From the IMG/VR virus record IMGVR_UViG_3300021426_000095, positions 1 through 64,000 of that record: a stretch of 64,000 bases of DNA, one strand, 5' to 3'. The notes beneath the pieces were generated by a model, which worked only from the letters and a program-made list of their open reading frames with translations, ran no database searches and was not told the DNA's origin. The DNA is from a virus. Every line of letters begins with the position of its first letter. The stretch's first letter is position 1. Position numbers and translations under genes: made by a program. Below, in pieces: positions 16,932 to 25,436 of the stretch.

Positions 16932-17247
16932 TGATGAAGTGTTCGTATCAGTGGCAGAAGCTCTGCGCCGCAAAATCCAAGAGGAAGGTAAAAGTTTAGA
17001 AGATGTAGACTTTATATCGGTTGGTGGATTAGGCTTACAAACTGATGATTTTTGGAAAACTGCGGAACTTTGGAAATGGGATATTAATCAACTTAAAGAT
17101 GAATTTAAGATAGTTTTTAAAGATCGTACTTGGATTGGTAAACATTATAGTCGTAATGGTAGTGTGCGGCTTAAGTATCATAAATTATTTGAGGAACCTA
17201 CGTGTATTCTTTTACATCCTATGCCGAGTGAATTTTTAGATGGATAA
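16924..17247 (+). CDS. hypothetical protein
   Basis: ATGA overlap with upstream gene. Confidence 0.45.
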   Translation: MTNDEVFVSVAEALRRKIQEEGKSLEDVDFISVGGLGLQTDDFWKTAELWKWDINQLKDEFKIVFKDRTWIGKHYSRNGSVRLKYHKLFEEPTCILLHPMPSEFLDG

Positions 17248-17256
17248 AAATATTTC

Positions 17257-17286
17257 TAGACTAATGTAGAATAATTATGGTATAAT
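17257..17286 (+). promoter_or_regulatory. promoter of the TAGACT-N18-TATAAT class + ATAATTATAAAAGAAAGGAA leader
   Basis: tctagact 17255-17262, -10 17281-17286. Confidence 0.5.
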
Positions 17287-17313
17287 ATAATTATAAAAGA
17301 AAGGAATTATATT

Positions 17314-17571
17314 ATGCTTACTGCTAAAGAAGCTCGTGAATTAGCTAATGATTTTGAAAAACGTAGACAAGCTAGAAATTATGTAGAAGATCATGTACTT
17401 CCGCAAATTGAGAAACAAGCTCTTAAAGGAAATACTGAATTAATTTTTGAAATATGTAAACCTAAATTACAAAGTTTTATTATTAGTGAACTAGAAGATT
17501 TAGGTTATTATATAAAAAAATCAGATGGCTGCTATTTTGATTTACGTACTCCGTATATTATTAAATGGTAA
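17314..17571 (+). CDS. hypothetical protein
   Basis: ATG after leader+RBS. Confidence 0.45.
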   Translation: MLTAKEARELANDFEKRRQARNYVEDHVLPQIEKQALKGNTELIFEICKPKLQSFIISELEDLGYYIKKSDGCYFDLRTPYIIKW

Positions 17572-17589
17572 TCCAAGAGAAAGAGAAAA

Positions 17590-17778
17590 ATGAAAGATAC
17601 TTATTATGTGCGGCGAGGTGTAGCAGGAACAGTACTCTCTATTAGAATGTCTACTCCGAGACGTGAAGATGCTTTAAAAAACGCGGCAGATAGTGCAATT
17701 ATGAATCCTGGTTTTACTTATACTGTTTGTAAAGGTGAAACTGAAATTGCTAGGTTTTTTGTAAAGGAAGAGGATTAA
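17590..17778 (+). CDS. hypothetical small protein
   Basis: RBS agagaaaaatg. Confidence 0.4.
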   Translation: MKDTYYVRRGVAGTVLSIRMSTPRREDALKNAADSAIMNPGFTYTVCKGETEIARFFVKEED

Positions 17779-17780
17779 TT

Positions 17781-18155
17781 ATGGCATATGGAGCTTTAAT
17801 CTATGGGTTCGCGGCTAAGGCTGATGATATTACTCAGATGCCGCGAGTAGACTCTTACCGTGACAGGGACGGCCGCACAGTTCTTATTGATAATGATGAT
17901 GTTCATCCTATTGAATGGGCTATGGAACATCATAAGTATGGTCAATATGTATTTGTTGAAGATGATCAATTGTGGTATTCTGATAGGGTTATTTTCGGTA
18001 TTTTTCTAGGTGAGTCTGGAGATGAATTAAATCTCGAAAATATGGAAGATGCTAAAAAGAGCGCCAAGGAGATTAGTGAAGCTGTAAAATTCTTTACTGA
18101 TTGGGATACTGATATTAGCGATTATGGATATCATGTTTGTACTATGTATGACTAG
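17781..18155 (+). CDS. hypothetical acidic protein
   Basis: packed ORF. Confidence 0.45.
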   Translation: MAYGALIYGFAAKADDITQMPRVDSYRDRDGRTVLIDNDDVHPIEWAMEHHKYGQYVFVEDDQLWYSDRVIFGIFLGESGDELNLENMEDAKKSAKEISEAVKFFTDWDTDISDYGYHVCTMYD

Positions 18156-18247
18156 GAATCTTGATTAAAATTTTTGATTTTTTATATCAAAAATAAGTAA
18201 GGAATTTGAATTAAAAATTATATATAATAAGCCATATGATTATTTTT

Positions 18248-18276
18248 AAGCGGGTTATCATACCCGCTTTCTTTTT
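18248..18276 (+). terminator. rho-independent terminator
   Basis: aagcgggt-tatcat-acccgctt followed by tctttttaac. Confidence 0.65.
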
Positions 18277-18330
18277 AACTTGATTATGTGAACCATTTTG
18301 GTGTACAAATTTTATAAAGGAGGATATTAG

Positions 18331-18489
18331 ATGGCTGAAGGTAAAAAAGATATTCGTCTTAATATTCGGATGCCGCAATATCTGAAAGATAAGATTGAAC
18401 AAGAATCCAAGAGATTGGAATTAAGTCAAAGTGAGTTTGTGCGGCATTTAGTTATTGAATATTTTGCAAGAAAAGAAAAATTAGGTTAG
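18331..18489 (+). CDS. ribbon-helix-helix (CopG/Arc-like) DNA-binding protein, 52 aa
   Basis: KKDIRLNIRMPQYLKDKIEQESKRLELSQSEFVRHLVIEYF matches the RHH beta-strand plus two-helix pattern; RBS aaaggagg. Confidence 0.55.
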   Translation: MAEGKKDIRLNIRMPQYLKDKIEQESKRLELSQSEFVRHLVIEYFARKEKLG

Positions 18490-18498
18490 TGGTGCCAT

Positions 18499-19062
18499 AT
18501 GGGTAGATATAATCAGGCACCAAAGTTGGTGAATAAAAAACCTAAATTAAATGGTAACACTATAATGATTAGTAATGAAATGTATTCTGCTATTTTTAAT
18601 GCAGTTGGCCGCAAATATCAAGCTGGAGCTTTAATGGTTTGGTTGATTGGTCAAGCAGATGGATTTGGTGTTGCATTAAAAACTGTTAGTGATGCTCTTG
18701 GTATGGATAAAAATGGTTATTATAAGTCTAGAGCCGCGTTAGAAGAACTTGGGTTTATTACGGCAGATGGAGATAATATTACGATTCATTATAATAAAAT
18801 TTTGGGTAATGAAAAAGATGACTCTAAAAATAGGGTAATGAAAAAGATGACTCATTCTTTTGATGACTCTATTTTGAGTAATGAAAAAGATGACTCTATT
18901 TTTTTGGGTCATCAAAAAGATGACCCTATGGGTAATGAAAAAGATGACTCTATGAGTCATCTAAAGTGGGAATATAACATAGAAGAACATAGAAAAACAA
19001 AGAAAGAAGAAGGTTTTAGATTAGAAGATTTTACGGATGAGAATGGGAACTTTAGATTTTAA
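18499..19062 (+). CDS. replication initiator (lambda-O / RepA-like, wHTH) with iterons inside its coding sequence
   Basis: HTH region ALMVWLIGQADGFGVALKTVSDALGMDKNGYYKSRAALEELGFI; the coding DNA 18780-18960 carries 5 tandem copies of gtaatgaaaaagatgactc (protein repeat GNEKDDS). Confidence 0.55.
   Translation: MGRYNQAPKLVNKKPKLNGNTIMISNEMYSAIFNAVGRKYQAGALMVWLIGQADGFGVALKTVSDALGMDKNGYYKSRAALEELGFITADGDNITIHYNKILGNEKDDSKNRVMKKMTHSFDDSILSNEKDDSIFLGHQKDDPMGNEKDDSMSHLKWEYNIEEHRKTKKEEGFRLEDFTDENGNFRF
18780..18960 (+). repeat. iteron array (5 x about 19 bp, G(G)TAATGAAAAAGATGACTC) inside the rep gene: candidate phage origin
   Basis: direct repeats at about 18783, 18824, 18874, 18905, 18935; the arrangement mirrors ori-lambda inside gene O. 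Confidence 0.5.
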
Positions 19063-19082
19063 ATGTAAGGAGTTAAATTAAC

Positions 19083-20636
19083 ATGGCTGAAAGAGAAACA
19101 GAATATTTATTTAAGCCTTATCAAATGCATATTTATATACCACATAAATGAGGAGCATACCCTCAAAAGGTTAAAATTAAAGATCGTATTAGTACTTATG
19201 AAGTTTGTCGAGTTATGGTTGATGGAAAATTAGTCCATGAACGGCATAGCGATTATTCTATAGAGGCTACTGAAAAAAATAATAAAAAAGATGGTAAACA
19301 CACTGGAAGATGTAATCTTTGTGGTAGTATACAAACAGAACCGCACAGTTGAGAAAATAAACCTCAATATATTAAAAGAGACGATATTAATCATAAATAT
19401 CTTTGTAGTAAGTTTGACACAAAAGGTCATCGTTGTGAAGGATATTATTTAGAAAAGCATAGTAAACAATATTCATTTCTTTTCGATCCTAAGGGTAAAA
19501 ATTATCGTAGTCCAGTATGACATATGGTTTTTTGTGAAATTTGTGGTGGAAGTTGACAAGAATCTCATCATTGAAAAGAAGATGGCCAAGGAGAGACTAA
19601 ATGAGAAATTTCTAATAAAGATAAACATCATAAAACCTGTATTTATTGTGGACAAGAAGAAGAAGGAAATCATAGTAATATAAAATATTTTCAGAAGTTC
19701 ATTAATAATGGTGATTTTGATACAGATAAGCATACGGCAGTATGTGGAGTTTGTCATGGACCATGACTTGAAGATCATGATTGACTGAGAAAAAGTGATA
19801 ATAGTCTTAGGTGAGAAAGTGAAAAAACTGATAGTCAATATAAAACACATCACAGGGTACAGTGTAGAAAATGTAAAGGTTTTCTATATGAAAGACATAA
19901 TTATGATCTTATTCATGTAAAATCTGGATATGACTTTGAAACTAAGTGTATATGTGGTAAAACGGATAGTATAAATAAATGAAGTATTGCTTATAAAAAT
20001 GTTCCTTGCGGGAATAAAAAAACTATGAATATTCAATTAAAATATACTGGTAAAGGTTATTTATATTTAAAAATTTTACCAGATGATCAAGGAAATTATC
20101 CTAATTATCCAATAGTTTATACAGGTGATTCAAAAAGACCTAGTCCTGAAAATAAAAATGAAAAACTTCCAATTCATGTTAAAAATGGTTGGTATAAACG
20201 TGGTAACGGTGAAGACTGAAATTTAAGTAGTTATAAAAAATATACATATAAAAAACATTTTGTAATAGAAGGTGTTAAGGAAAGTGAAAATCGAGGAATT
20301 CTTTATGAGGGAGAACGTTATAAAGGATATCGTCTTATATCTGATTATGCCGGTTATGAATCATCTGGATCAGGATCAAAAGTAACAAATATTGTGTTTT
20401 CATTAAAAGATATTAATGCTAATAAACATCGTTATTCTACTTCTAAAACAAAAGTAACTAATGAAAAAGAAGGAGGAGCAGATACTATATATTATTTTTA
20501 TAGAGGTAGATTTAATGATTTTTGGATCTATAGTAATAAGTTATATGAAGAACCATATATACTTTTTCCTTGTGTGCGTGGATGGCATAAAAGTAAAAAA
20601 AGTTTAATTAGTGGAAGTTATATAGTAACAGGGTAG
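19083..20636 (+). CDS. Cys/His-rich multi-zinc-finger protein (517 aa) with 11 in-frame TGA codons
   Basis: one continuous frame (track ORFs 20025.. and 20394.. are in frame with ATG 19083); repeated C-x2-C ... H motifs; TGA concentrated in the first 330 codons, TGG used in the last third. Confidence 0.5.
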
Positions 20637-20639
20637 TAT

Positions 20640-20800
20640 TAAATAAAATTTTATTTATTCAACTGGAATTTTATTTATTCAACCAGAATTTCATCTGCTC
20701 AACTGGAATTTTATTATTTGATTAAAATTTGATCTACTCAACTGAAATTAAATAAAATTTTATCTACTCAACTGGAATTTGAGTGCGCACATAATTACAG
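20640..20800. repeat. degenerate tandem repeat array (about 6 x 21-22 bp, AATTTTATnTAnTCAACTGG)
   Basis: ttcaactggaattttatttattcaaccagaatttcatctgctcaactggaattttatt...ctactcaactga...ctactcaactggaatttgag. Confidence 0.55.
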
Positions 20801-21001
20801 CTGCTGTCAAGAAATTTTCCAAATCGAGTCCTAAAAATTTTTACACTAGTGTAAAGAATTCTCTCACGAGTGTAGCCGCACAACCTTATACATTGATCTT
20901 CTTTTGGAAAATAATTCTGAAAGATAATTTTCATTTCTGAACCTATAAATATTAGTTGTCAGCTGTTCAATATTTATTTCGAGCTTAAGCTCAAAATTTA
21001 C

Positions 21002-21031
21002 TTGACGAACGTCAAGTAAATATGCTATAAT
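21002..21031 (+). promoter_or_regulatory. promoter TTGACG-N18-TGcTATAAT (the -35 sits in the palindrome cttgacgaacgtcaag) driving a short non-coding leader
   Basis: -35 21002-21007, -10 21026-21031; about 75-nt transcript with hairpin aaggaaa/tttcctt, then a second promoter. Confidence 0.55.
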
Positions 21032-21109
21032 ATATTTGTAAGAAAGGGAAAGGAAATTTAATCCTAATCTTACATATCAGGTTTCCTTCAAGAAAAAATA
21101 AAAAACTTC

Positions 21110-21139
21110 TTGACAATCGAAAAGGAAATATGATATAAT
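21110..21139 (+). promoter_or_regulatory. promoter TTGACA-N18-TGaTATAAT + ATAAATGTAAGAAAGGGAGAG leader
   Basis: -35 21110-21115, -10 21134-21139. Confidence 0.55.
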
Positions 21140-21259
21140 ATAAATGTAAGAAAGGGAGAGATGAGAAAGGAATCCCGCTTGGGACGTCCTCCCAGGAAGT
21201 GAAAAGAAATTTCATTTCCAAAACGAGACCGCTCGCAAGAGCAGAAAAGGAGGGCCATC

Positions 21260-21628
21260 ATGGCCGAGAAGAAGATCACCATCGCTGAGAAGTTCGCTGC
21301 TACTATCGCCCTGTTTGAGGGTACTGAGCCTGAGATCGAGTGGGACCCCGCTGATGCGGTTGAGTTCCTGAAGGATCGTGCTGAGAAGGCCAAGTCCAAG
21401 CCGCGTGAGCGCAAGGTTAAGCCTGAAGTTGCTGAGTTCCGTGAGCGTGTCGCGGAGTGGCTGGCTGAAGCTGAGGCTCCTGTGACTGCCAAGGAAGTTG
21501 GTGCGGCTCTGGGTGAGTCCACTCAGAAGGCGTCGGCAGCTCTGCGGTTCCTGGTCGCTGAGGGTGAGGTTGTTGCCCATGATGGCGAGAAGGCCCGCGA
21601 CGCCAAGACTTACGAGATCGCTCGCTAG
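21260..21628 (+). CDS. small winged-helix DNA-binding protein (paralog family, 4 members)
   Basis: GC-rich ORF; C-terminal VTAKEVGAALGESTQKASAALRFLVAEGEVV is wHTH-like; N-terminus MAEKK + KPRERK shared with 25116..25436; flanked by 5 copies of AATTTTCATTTCC. Confidence 0.55.
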   Translation: MAEKKITIAEKFAATIALFEGTEPEIEWDPADAVEFLKDRAEKAKSKPRERKVKPEVAEFRERVAEWLAEAEAPVTAKEVGAALGESTQKASAALRFLVAEGEVVAHDGEKARDAKTYEIAR

Positions 21629-21795
21629 TCTATAACGGTAGGGGAGGGTGCAATGGGGCACCCTCCCAGGAAACAAATTTTAAATTTGAATTTTAATTTT
21701 CATTTCTGAACTTTAAGATTCATATTTGAAATTTTCATTTCCAACTAATCGCAGGTTACTGAAGAAAATTTTCATTTCCAAGAGAGAGGAAAATA

Positions 21796-22188
21796 ATGAA
21801 ATATACTCTTCCTAAGTCATATGCAAATGCGGGACTGCAAGTTGAGATTCCTGATTCCACTCTTAAGCAGTATCGATCTGAGCTCGGTAGTACCAAGGCC
21901 GCAGTTGATAAGTGGCTGTATGAGAATGGCTATATGGCGAAGGTTGAGTATGAAGCTTCAGTAGAAAAGATTGAGGCTAAGAAGCCTGCTAAACGTGAGT
22001 TTAAAATAGACCAAGAGAAGAGCGAAATCATTAATTTTATCTATGAACGGTTGCGGGAGTATGAAGACGAAGAAGGGTCAGCTCTTTTGTCCGAGGTAGA
22101 GATCATAAACCGCAATCGCCTTATTTCTTTCTCTCTTGGAAACAATAAATATGAGCTGACCCTAGTGCGGAAAAAGCAACCTAAATAG
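21796..22188 (+). CDS. hypothetical protein
   Basis: ATG after agagaggaaaataatg; followed by tandem terminators. Confidence 0.5.
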   Translation: MKYTLPKSYANAGLQVEIPDSTLKQYRSELGSTKAAVDKWLYENGYMAKVEYEASVEKIEAKKPAKREFKIDQEKSEIINFIYERLREYEDEEGSALLSEVEIINRNRLISFSLGNNKYELTLVRKKQPK

Positions 22189-22195
22189 ATGACAC

Positions 22196-22227
22196 GAAAG
22201 GCCATAAGGTCGGTTCCTTTCTCTTTT
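22196..22227 (+). terminator. rho-independent terminator
   Basis: gaaagg-ccataaggtcggtt-cctttc + tctttt; a second weaker hairpin + T9 at 22275-22307. Confidence 0.55.
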
Positions 22228-22396
22228 AGCCGTAAGGCTAATAATACACGGCGATCCTGACTAAGCCGTGGGTTAAGGCGTTCGAAAGGGCGCCTTTTCT
22301 TTTTTTTATGCGGTGCGGCTGTCTAAAAAATTTTTAACGAATGTAAGACTTTCCGGTAAGCGGTATTAAATTTGCGGCGAATGGTAAGAATCGCTC

Positions 22397-22426
22397 TAGA
22401 CAGATGTAGTAAAGATATGATATAAT
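22397..22426 (+). promoter_or_regulatory. promoter of the TAGACA-N18-TATAAT class firing into the AT-rich block
   Basis: tctagaca 22395-22402, -10 22421-22426. Confidence 0.45.
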
Positions 22427-22429
22427 TAA

Positions 22430-22560
22430 TCTTAGAGATTAATTAATATATAAATATATTTTATATTATATAAATATTATATATTATATTCTTATATTTT
22501 ATATAGTTAATATATTATATATTTATATAATATATATGACATGACCTTTTTTCTTTCTTG
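22430..22560. repeat. extremely AT-rich (>90% A+T) low-complexity block: candidate DNA unwinding element
   Basis: taattaatatataaatatattttatattatataaatattatatattatattcttatattttatatagttaatatattatatatttatataatatatatgac. Confidence 0.5.
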
Positions 22561-22624
22561 GTACTTCTTTCTTTTTAACTAGTTATTGCGGCCCTAGTGG
22601 TCGTTTTTTTATTATAAAATAATA

Positions 22625-22680
22625 ATTGACAGGAACTTTATTTTATGATATAATAAAAGTGATATATATTTTTTACTAGT
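22625..22680 (+). promoter_or_regulatory. promoter TTGACAG-N17-TGATATAAT + conserved AAAAGTGATATATATTTTTT, copy 1
   Basis: -35 22625-22630, -10 22648-22653; near-identical 40-nt unit repeated at 22765-22815; the hairpin ctaaacgtg-actgccg-cacgtttag at 22699-22723 lies between the copies. Confidence 0.5.
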
Positions 22681-22764
22681 GTGTGCTTCACTAAACGTGA
22701 CTGCCGCACGTTTAGTTCAGCGAGTCAAGTTAAAAGATTTTTATATTAAAATAGTGCGGCGAGC

Positions 22765-22815
22765 TTGACAGCTGCATCATTTTATGATATAATAAAAGTG
22801 ATATATTTTTTTAAA
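22765..22815 (+). promoter_or_regulatory. promoter TTGACAG-N17-TGATATAAT + AAAAGTGATATATTTTTTT, copy 2
   Basis: -35 22765-22770, -10 22788-22793; followed by A/T runs. Confidence 0.5.
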
Positions 22816-23025
22816 AAAATTTTTTTTACTAAGATAAGTTAATTTTTTAATAGCTTAAAAATAAGCTTAAAAAATTCCTAAAAAGTTGTCTTGTCCCTTG
22901 ACAAATCTTATGATAAATAAGCTTTTTGCTGGGCAGAGAGCGCAGCCCAATATAGCTAAAATAAGCTTTCCGACCAAGTAATCAGGCCTTTTTTAAAATT
23001 GCGCAAATGCGGGCAAATCAAGTAG

Positions 23026-23057
23026 TTTTCCACAAAGTTATCCACAAGTTTTCCACC
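23026..23057 (+). promoter_or_regulatory. three head-to-tail DnaA-box-like 9-mers (TTTTCCACA, TTATCCACA, TTTTCCACC): oriC-like element
   Basis: 23026-23034 TTTTCCACA; 23038-23046 TTATCCACA (perfect consensus); 23049-23057 TTTTCCACC; spacing 12 and 11 nt. Confidence 0.55.
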
Positions 23058-23106
23058 ACTGGCCGCACATCTATCCTTCTATTGGGTGAGTTTGCGGATG
23101 TGAGAA

Positions 23107-23150
23107 AAATTGCCTATAGACCTGCGAGTACGACAGAAATTGCCTATACG
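23107..23150 (+). repeat. direct repeat GAAATTGCCTATA(g/c) x2
   Basis: gaaaaattgcctatagacc ... gaaattgcctatacgat. Confidence 0.4.
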
Positions 23151-23239
23151 ATTTTTGATACAGGCGTGCGGGCGAGCACGGCCGAGCTGCCTTATAAGCG
23201 CGTATAATGGTACATTTGTACGTTTGTTGCTTGCGCGGT

Positions 23240-23300
23240 AATTGTGGAGATTTTGTAGATTAGTTTTGGGATTTTTGTGGATTAGTTGTGGAGATTTTGT
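23240..23300. repeat. inverted-orientation DnaA-box-like repeats (TGTGGAGAT, TGTGGATTA, TTGTGGAGA) interleaved with TTTTGTAGATTAG repeats
   Basis: attgtggagattttgtagattagttttgggatttttgtggattagttgtggagattttgtgtagatta. Confidence 0.45.
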
Positions 23301-23339
23301 GTAGATTAAAAATTTCCCTTGACTACGTGGTATAATTTC

Positions 23340-23362
23340 GCTAGAATGCGCCGCATTCTAGC
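23340..23362. repeat. flank-conserved palindrome family, copy 1 (arms gctagaatgcg / cgcattctagc)
   Basis: aatTTCG-arm-c-arm-CGCTGAAAgg. Confidence 0.5.
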
Positions 23363-23380
23363 GCTGAAAGGTTTGGGCAA

Positions 23381-23409
23381 AAGAAAAACCCCGCCATTAC
23401 TGGGCGGGG
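23381..23409 (-). terminator. rho-independent terminator for 23441..23806
   Basis: minus strand: ccccgcc-cagtaat-ggcgggg + tttttctttt. Confidence 0.6.
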
Positions 23410-23440
23410 TTCTCGCCATTACTGGGCGATTAGGTGAGGA

Positions 23441-23806
23441 TTACACCAGCTTGTAGCCGACATAACGCCCCTTCACCTTTTCCACTTTCTCCACTTTACC
23501 AGCGGAGATAAGCACAGCCATGACTTTGGTGCATTTCTGCGAAGTCATAATCCCGTTTACGTGTTCCATAATCCACGAGGTCAGAACAGGCTCACCCTCG
23601 GGCATGACTTTAAGCACTTCGCCAGCCAAACGAATGTTCTCTTTGGCTGCCTTAGACGGCTCATTCGACTTTTCGCGGGGCTTAGTGATGCTTGCCAGCA
23701 TCTTGGCTGCGACCTCACGGGCGTCCTCACGGGCGAGGGTTTCATAATCGCCATTCACAACAGCAGTCAGGACTTCAGCGCGGGTGATGGTGGTGTTCTT
23801 AGCCAT
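23441..23806 (-). CDS. small winged-helix DNA-binding protein (paralog family)
   Basis: C-terminal LTSWIMEHVNGIMTSQKCTKVMAVLISAGKVEKVEKVKGRYVGYKLV is nearly identical to the C-terminus of 26375..26779; RBS aaaggag. Confidence 0.55.
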   Translation of the reverse strand: MAKNTTITRAEVLTAVVNGDYETLAREDAREVAAKMLASITKPREKSNEPSKAAKENIRLAGEVLKVMPEGEPVLTSWIMEHVNGIMTSQKCTKVMAVLISAGKVEKVEKVKGRYVGYKLV

Positions 23807-24075
23807 AATCAGGCTCCTTTCGGTTGCGGGTGAGATTCCGTTTTTTCTCTCCCTCTGACAGTTAATATATTACCAAATCTTAGTGCTGGGGTCAAGTAGA
23901 ATTTTGTCTTCATAAAGTCTCCATAATTCAGGATTTAAAACAAGCGTCTGACCTGCGGTTTTGGTGATCAATTTTTCCCATGCCGGCACAAAGGCAAATT
24001 CGCTTGATTCCGCCGGAATCAAGCGCTCAAACGTTTTAAAGAACAAAAAACCCGCCTGTTTTGGCGGGTTTTTGT

Positions 24076-24774
24076 TTAAAATTGCTCAAATCGCTTTGAA
24101 ATTTCGCGCCAATGCGGATTGTGCATGCAAATTTTAACAAAATCTGAATCAAACTTGCGCTTGCGGCGAATAATTGCTGCGAAAATGTAAGATTCTATCT
24201 CACAGTCTGCCCGTGCGGTGTGCTTTTCTTCAAAATCTGTATCATTTGTGAGGTAGCGATACACAGCTTCCGCACCTGTTTGCGGATGGCCTTTTGCGGT
24301 GGTCAAATTATGCTCAGCACAGAATTTTAGATAATTACGGCTATTGCAAAGGACGGAGAGAGCCATCGCCCAAATGTCCATAAATTTTACATCACCCTTA
24401 AAGAACTGGTCATAACCGAAGTATTGCGCCGTTTTAAGCAGATGAGATACGTCAAATGAAGCATTGTACGCGCACACGGTAGCGTTAAAAGCTTTGCGGA
24501 CACTGTTAATTGTGCGGCGAATCTCAGCAAACGGCATCACGGTAAAAGCATTTGAACCCTTGTACAGCTCAAAATAGTATTGAGCAATTTTAGTCTTAGT
24601 AAAGCAGTCATGAAACATATCAAGCGTCTCAGGATGGTTCATAAATTCCTCACACACAAAGCTACCCTCGGCAACCAAGTTGCCCTTGCGGTCAATCACC
24701 GTGTAGCCATAGTCAAAAACCAGGTCGTCGCACGTTTCGGTGTCAAGAATCATGAAGAACTTTTTGCTTGCCAT
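24076..24774 (-). CDS. DEDDh-family 3'-5' exonuclease (DnaQ / oligoribonuclease-like), paralog A
   Basis: Exo I ILDTETCD, Exo II YNASFDVSHL, Exo III HTARADCE. Confidence 0.65.
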   Translation of the reverse strand: MASKKFFMILDTETCDDLVFDYGYTVIDRKGNLVAEGSFVCEEFMNHPETLDMFHDCFTKTKIAQYYFELYKGSNAFTVMPFAEIRRTINSVRKAFNATVCAYNASFDVSHLLKTAQYFGYDQFFKGDVKFMDIWAMALSVLCNSRNYLKFCAEHNLTTAKGHPQTGAEAVYRYLTNDTDFEEKHTARADCEIESYIFAAIIRRKRKFDSDFVKICMHNPHWREISKRFEQF

Positions 24775-24804
24775 TTTGTTTCCTTTCTCTCTCTGACAAT
24801 TAGT

Positions 24805-24833
24805 ATATTACAGCATGTGCCGCACACAGTCAA
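24805..24833 (-). promoter_or_regulatory. island-type promoter (minus): TTGACT-N17-TAATAT + conserved ACTAATTGTCAGAGAGAGAAAGGAAACAAA leader
   Basis: -35 at 24833-24828, -10 at 24810-24805; equivalent units precede nearly every minus-strand gene of the island. Confidence 0.55.
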
Positions 24834-24915
24834 GTATTAATTTCAGGATTTTGTCTCTTCATATTTTCTTCACAATTGTTCTTGATCTTTCTCTTGGGGT
24901 GTGCAATGGTAAATT

Positions 24916-24940
24916 CGCTCGTTTGCGCCGCAAACGAGCG
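24916..24940. repeat. flank-conserved palindrome, copy 2 (arms cgctcgtttgcg / cgcaaacgagcg)
   Basis: aaATTCG-arm-c-arm-CGCTGAAAc; perfect 12-bp arms. Confidence 0.55.
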
Positions 24941-25115
24941 CTGAAACAAAAAACTCCCGCGTCCTGTGCGCAACAGGCTGATAGCGGGAGGGAGTCTATT
25001 CTTCGGGCACCTTACCATTCCCTTTTATTTGGCGGGGCTACCGCATTAGTAAACTGTTTAATCACCTCTTTTGGATTGTGGGCGGGGAATTTCACCCCGC
25101 CCTGTTTAGATTGGT

Positions 25116-25436
25116 CTAGAGCTTGTAGACCTTGACCTTTTCGGTCGTGGGAATTTCTTCCCACCCCATCGCCTTACAGATGGCGTTTGCCTTGGGCTTG
25201 GAGACTTCCAGAATCTCAGCCACGTTCGCAGCCTTGAAAGTCTCTTCGTCCCAGACCTCAGCGAACTTTTCACCGAGGGCGATGTTCGCATCACGCTTTG
25301 CCGTGTTAGCCTTGCGGGGACGCGGCTTCGTCACCTGAGCGTACATCTTCTCCAGAACCTCTACTGCTTCAGCATTCTCAACAGCAGCAATCGCGATTTC
25401 CAGAGCTTCCTTGCGGGTCATCTTCTTCTCAGCCAT
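25116..25436 (-). CDS. small winged-helix-like protein (paralog family)
   Basis: MAEKKMT...KPRPRK... resembles 21260..21628; its terminator ctcccgc...gcgggag + T6 lies at about 24955-25000 on the minus strand. Confidence 0.5.
   Translation of the reverse strand: MAEKKMTRKEALEIAIAAVENAEAVEVLEKMYAQVTKPRPRKANTAKRDANIALGEKFAEVWDEETFKAANVAEILEVSKPKANAICKAMGWEEIPTTEKVKVYKL

Noticed and set aside
20640-20800. CRISPR array
   Set aside because: The repeat period equals the repeat length, with no unique spacers of constant size, and copies are degenerate; better described as an iteron array.
23315-23335. ttgact-acgtgg-tataat as a -35/-10 promoter
   Set aside because: The spacer is only 6 nt; at most an extended -10 (tgGTATAAT) element. 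Not called as a standard promoter.
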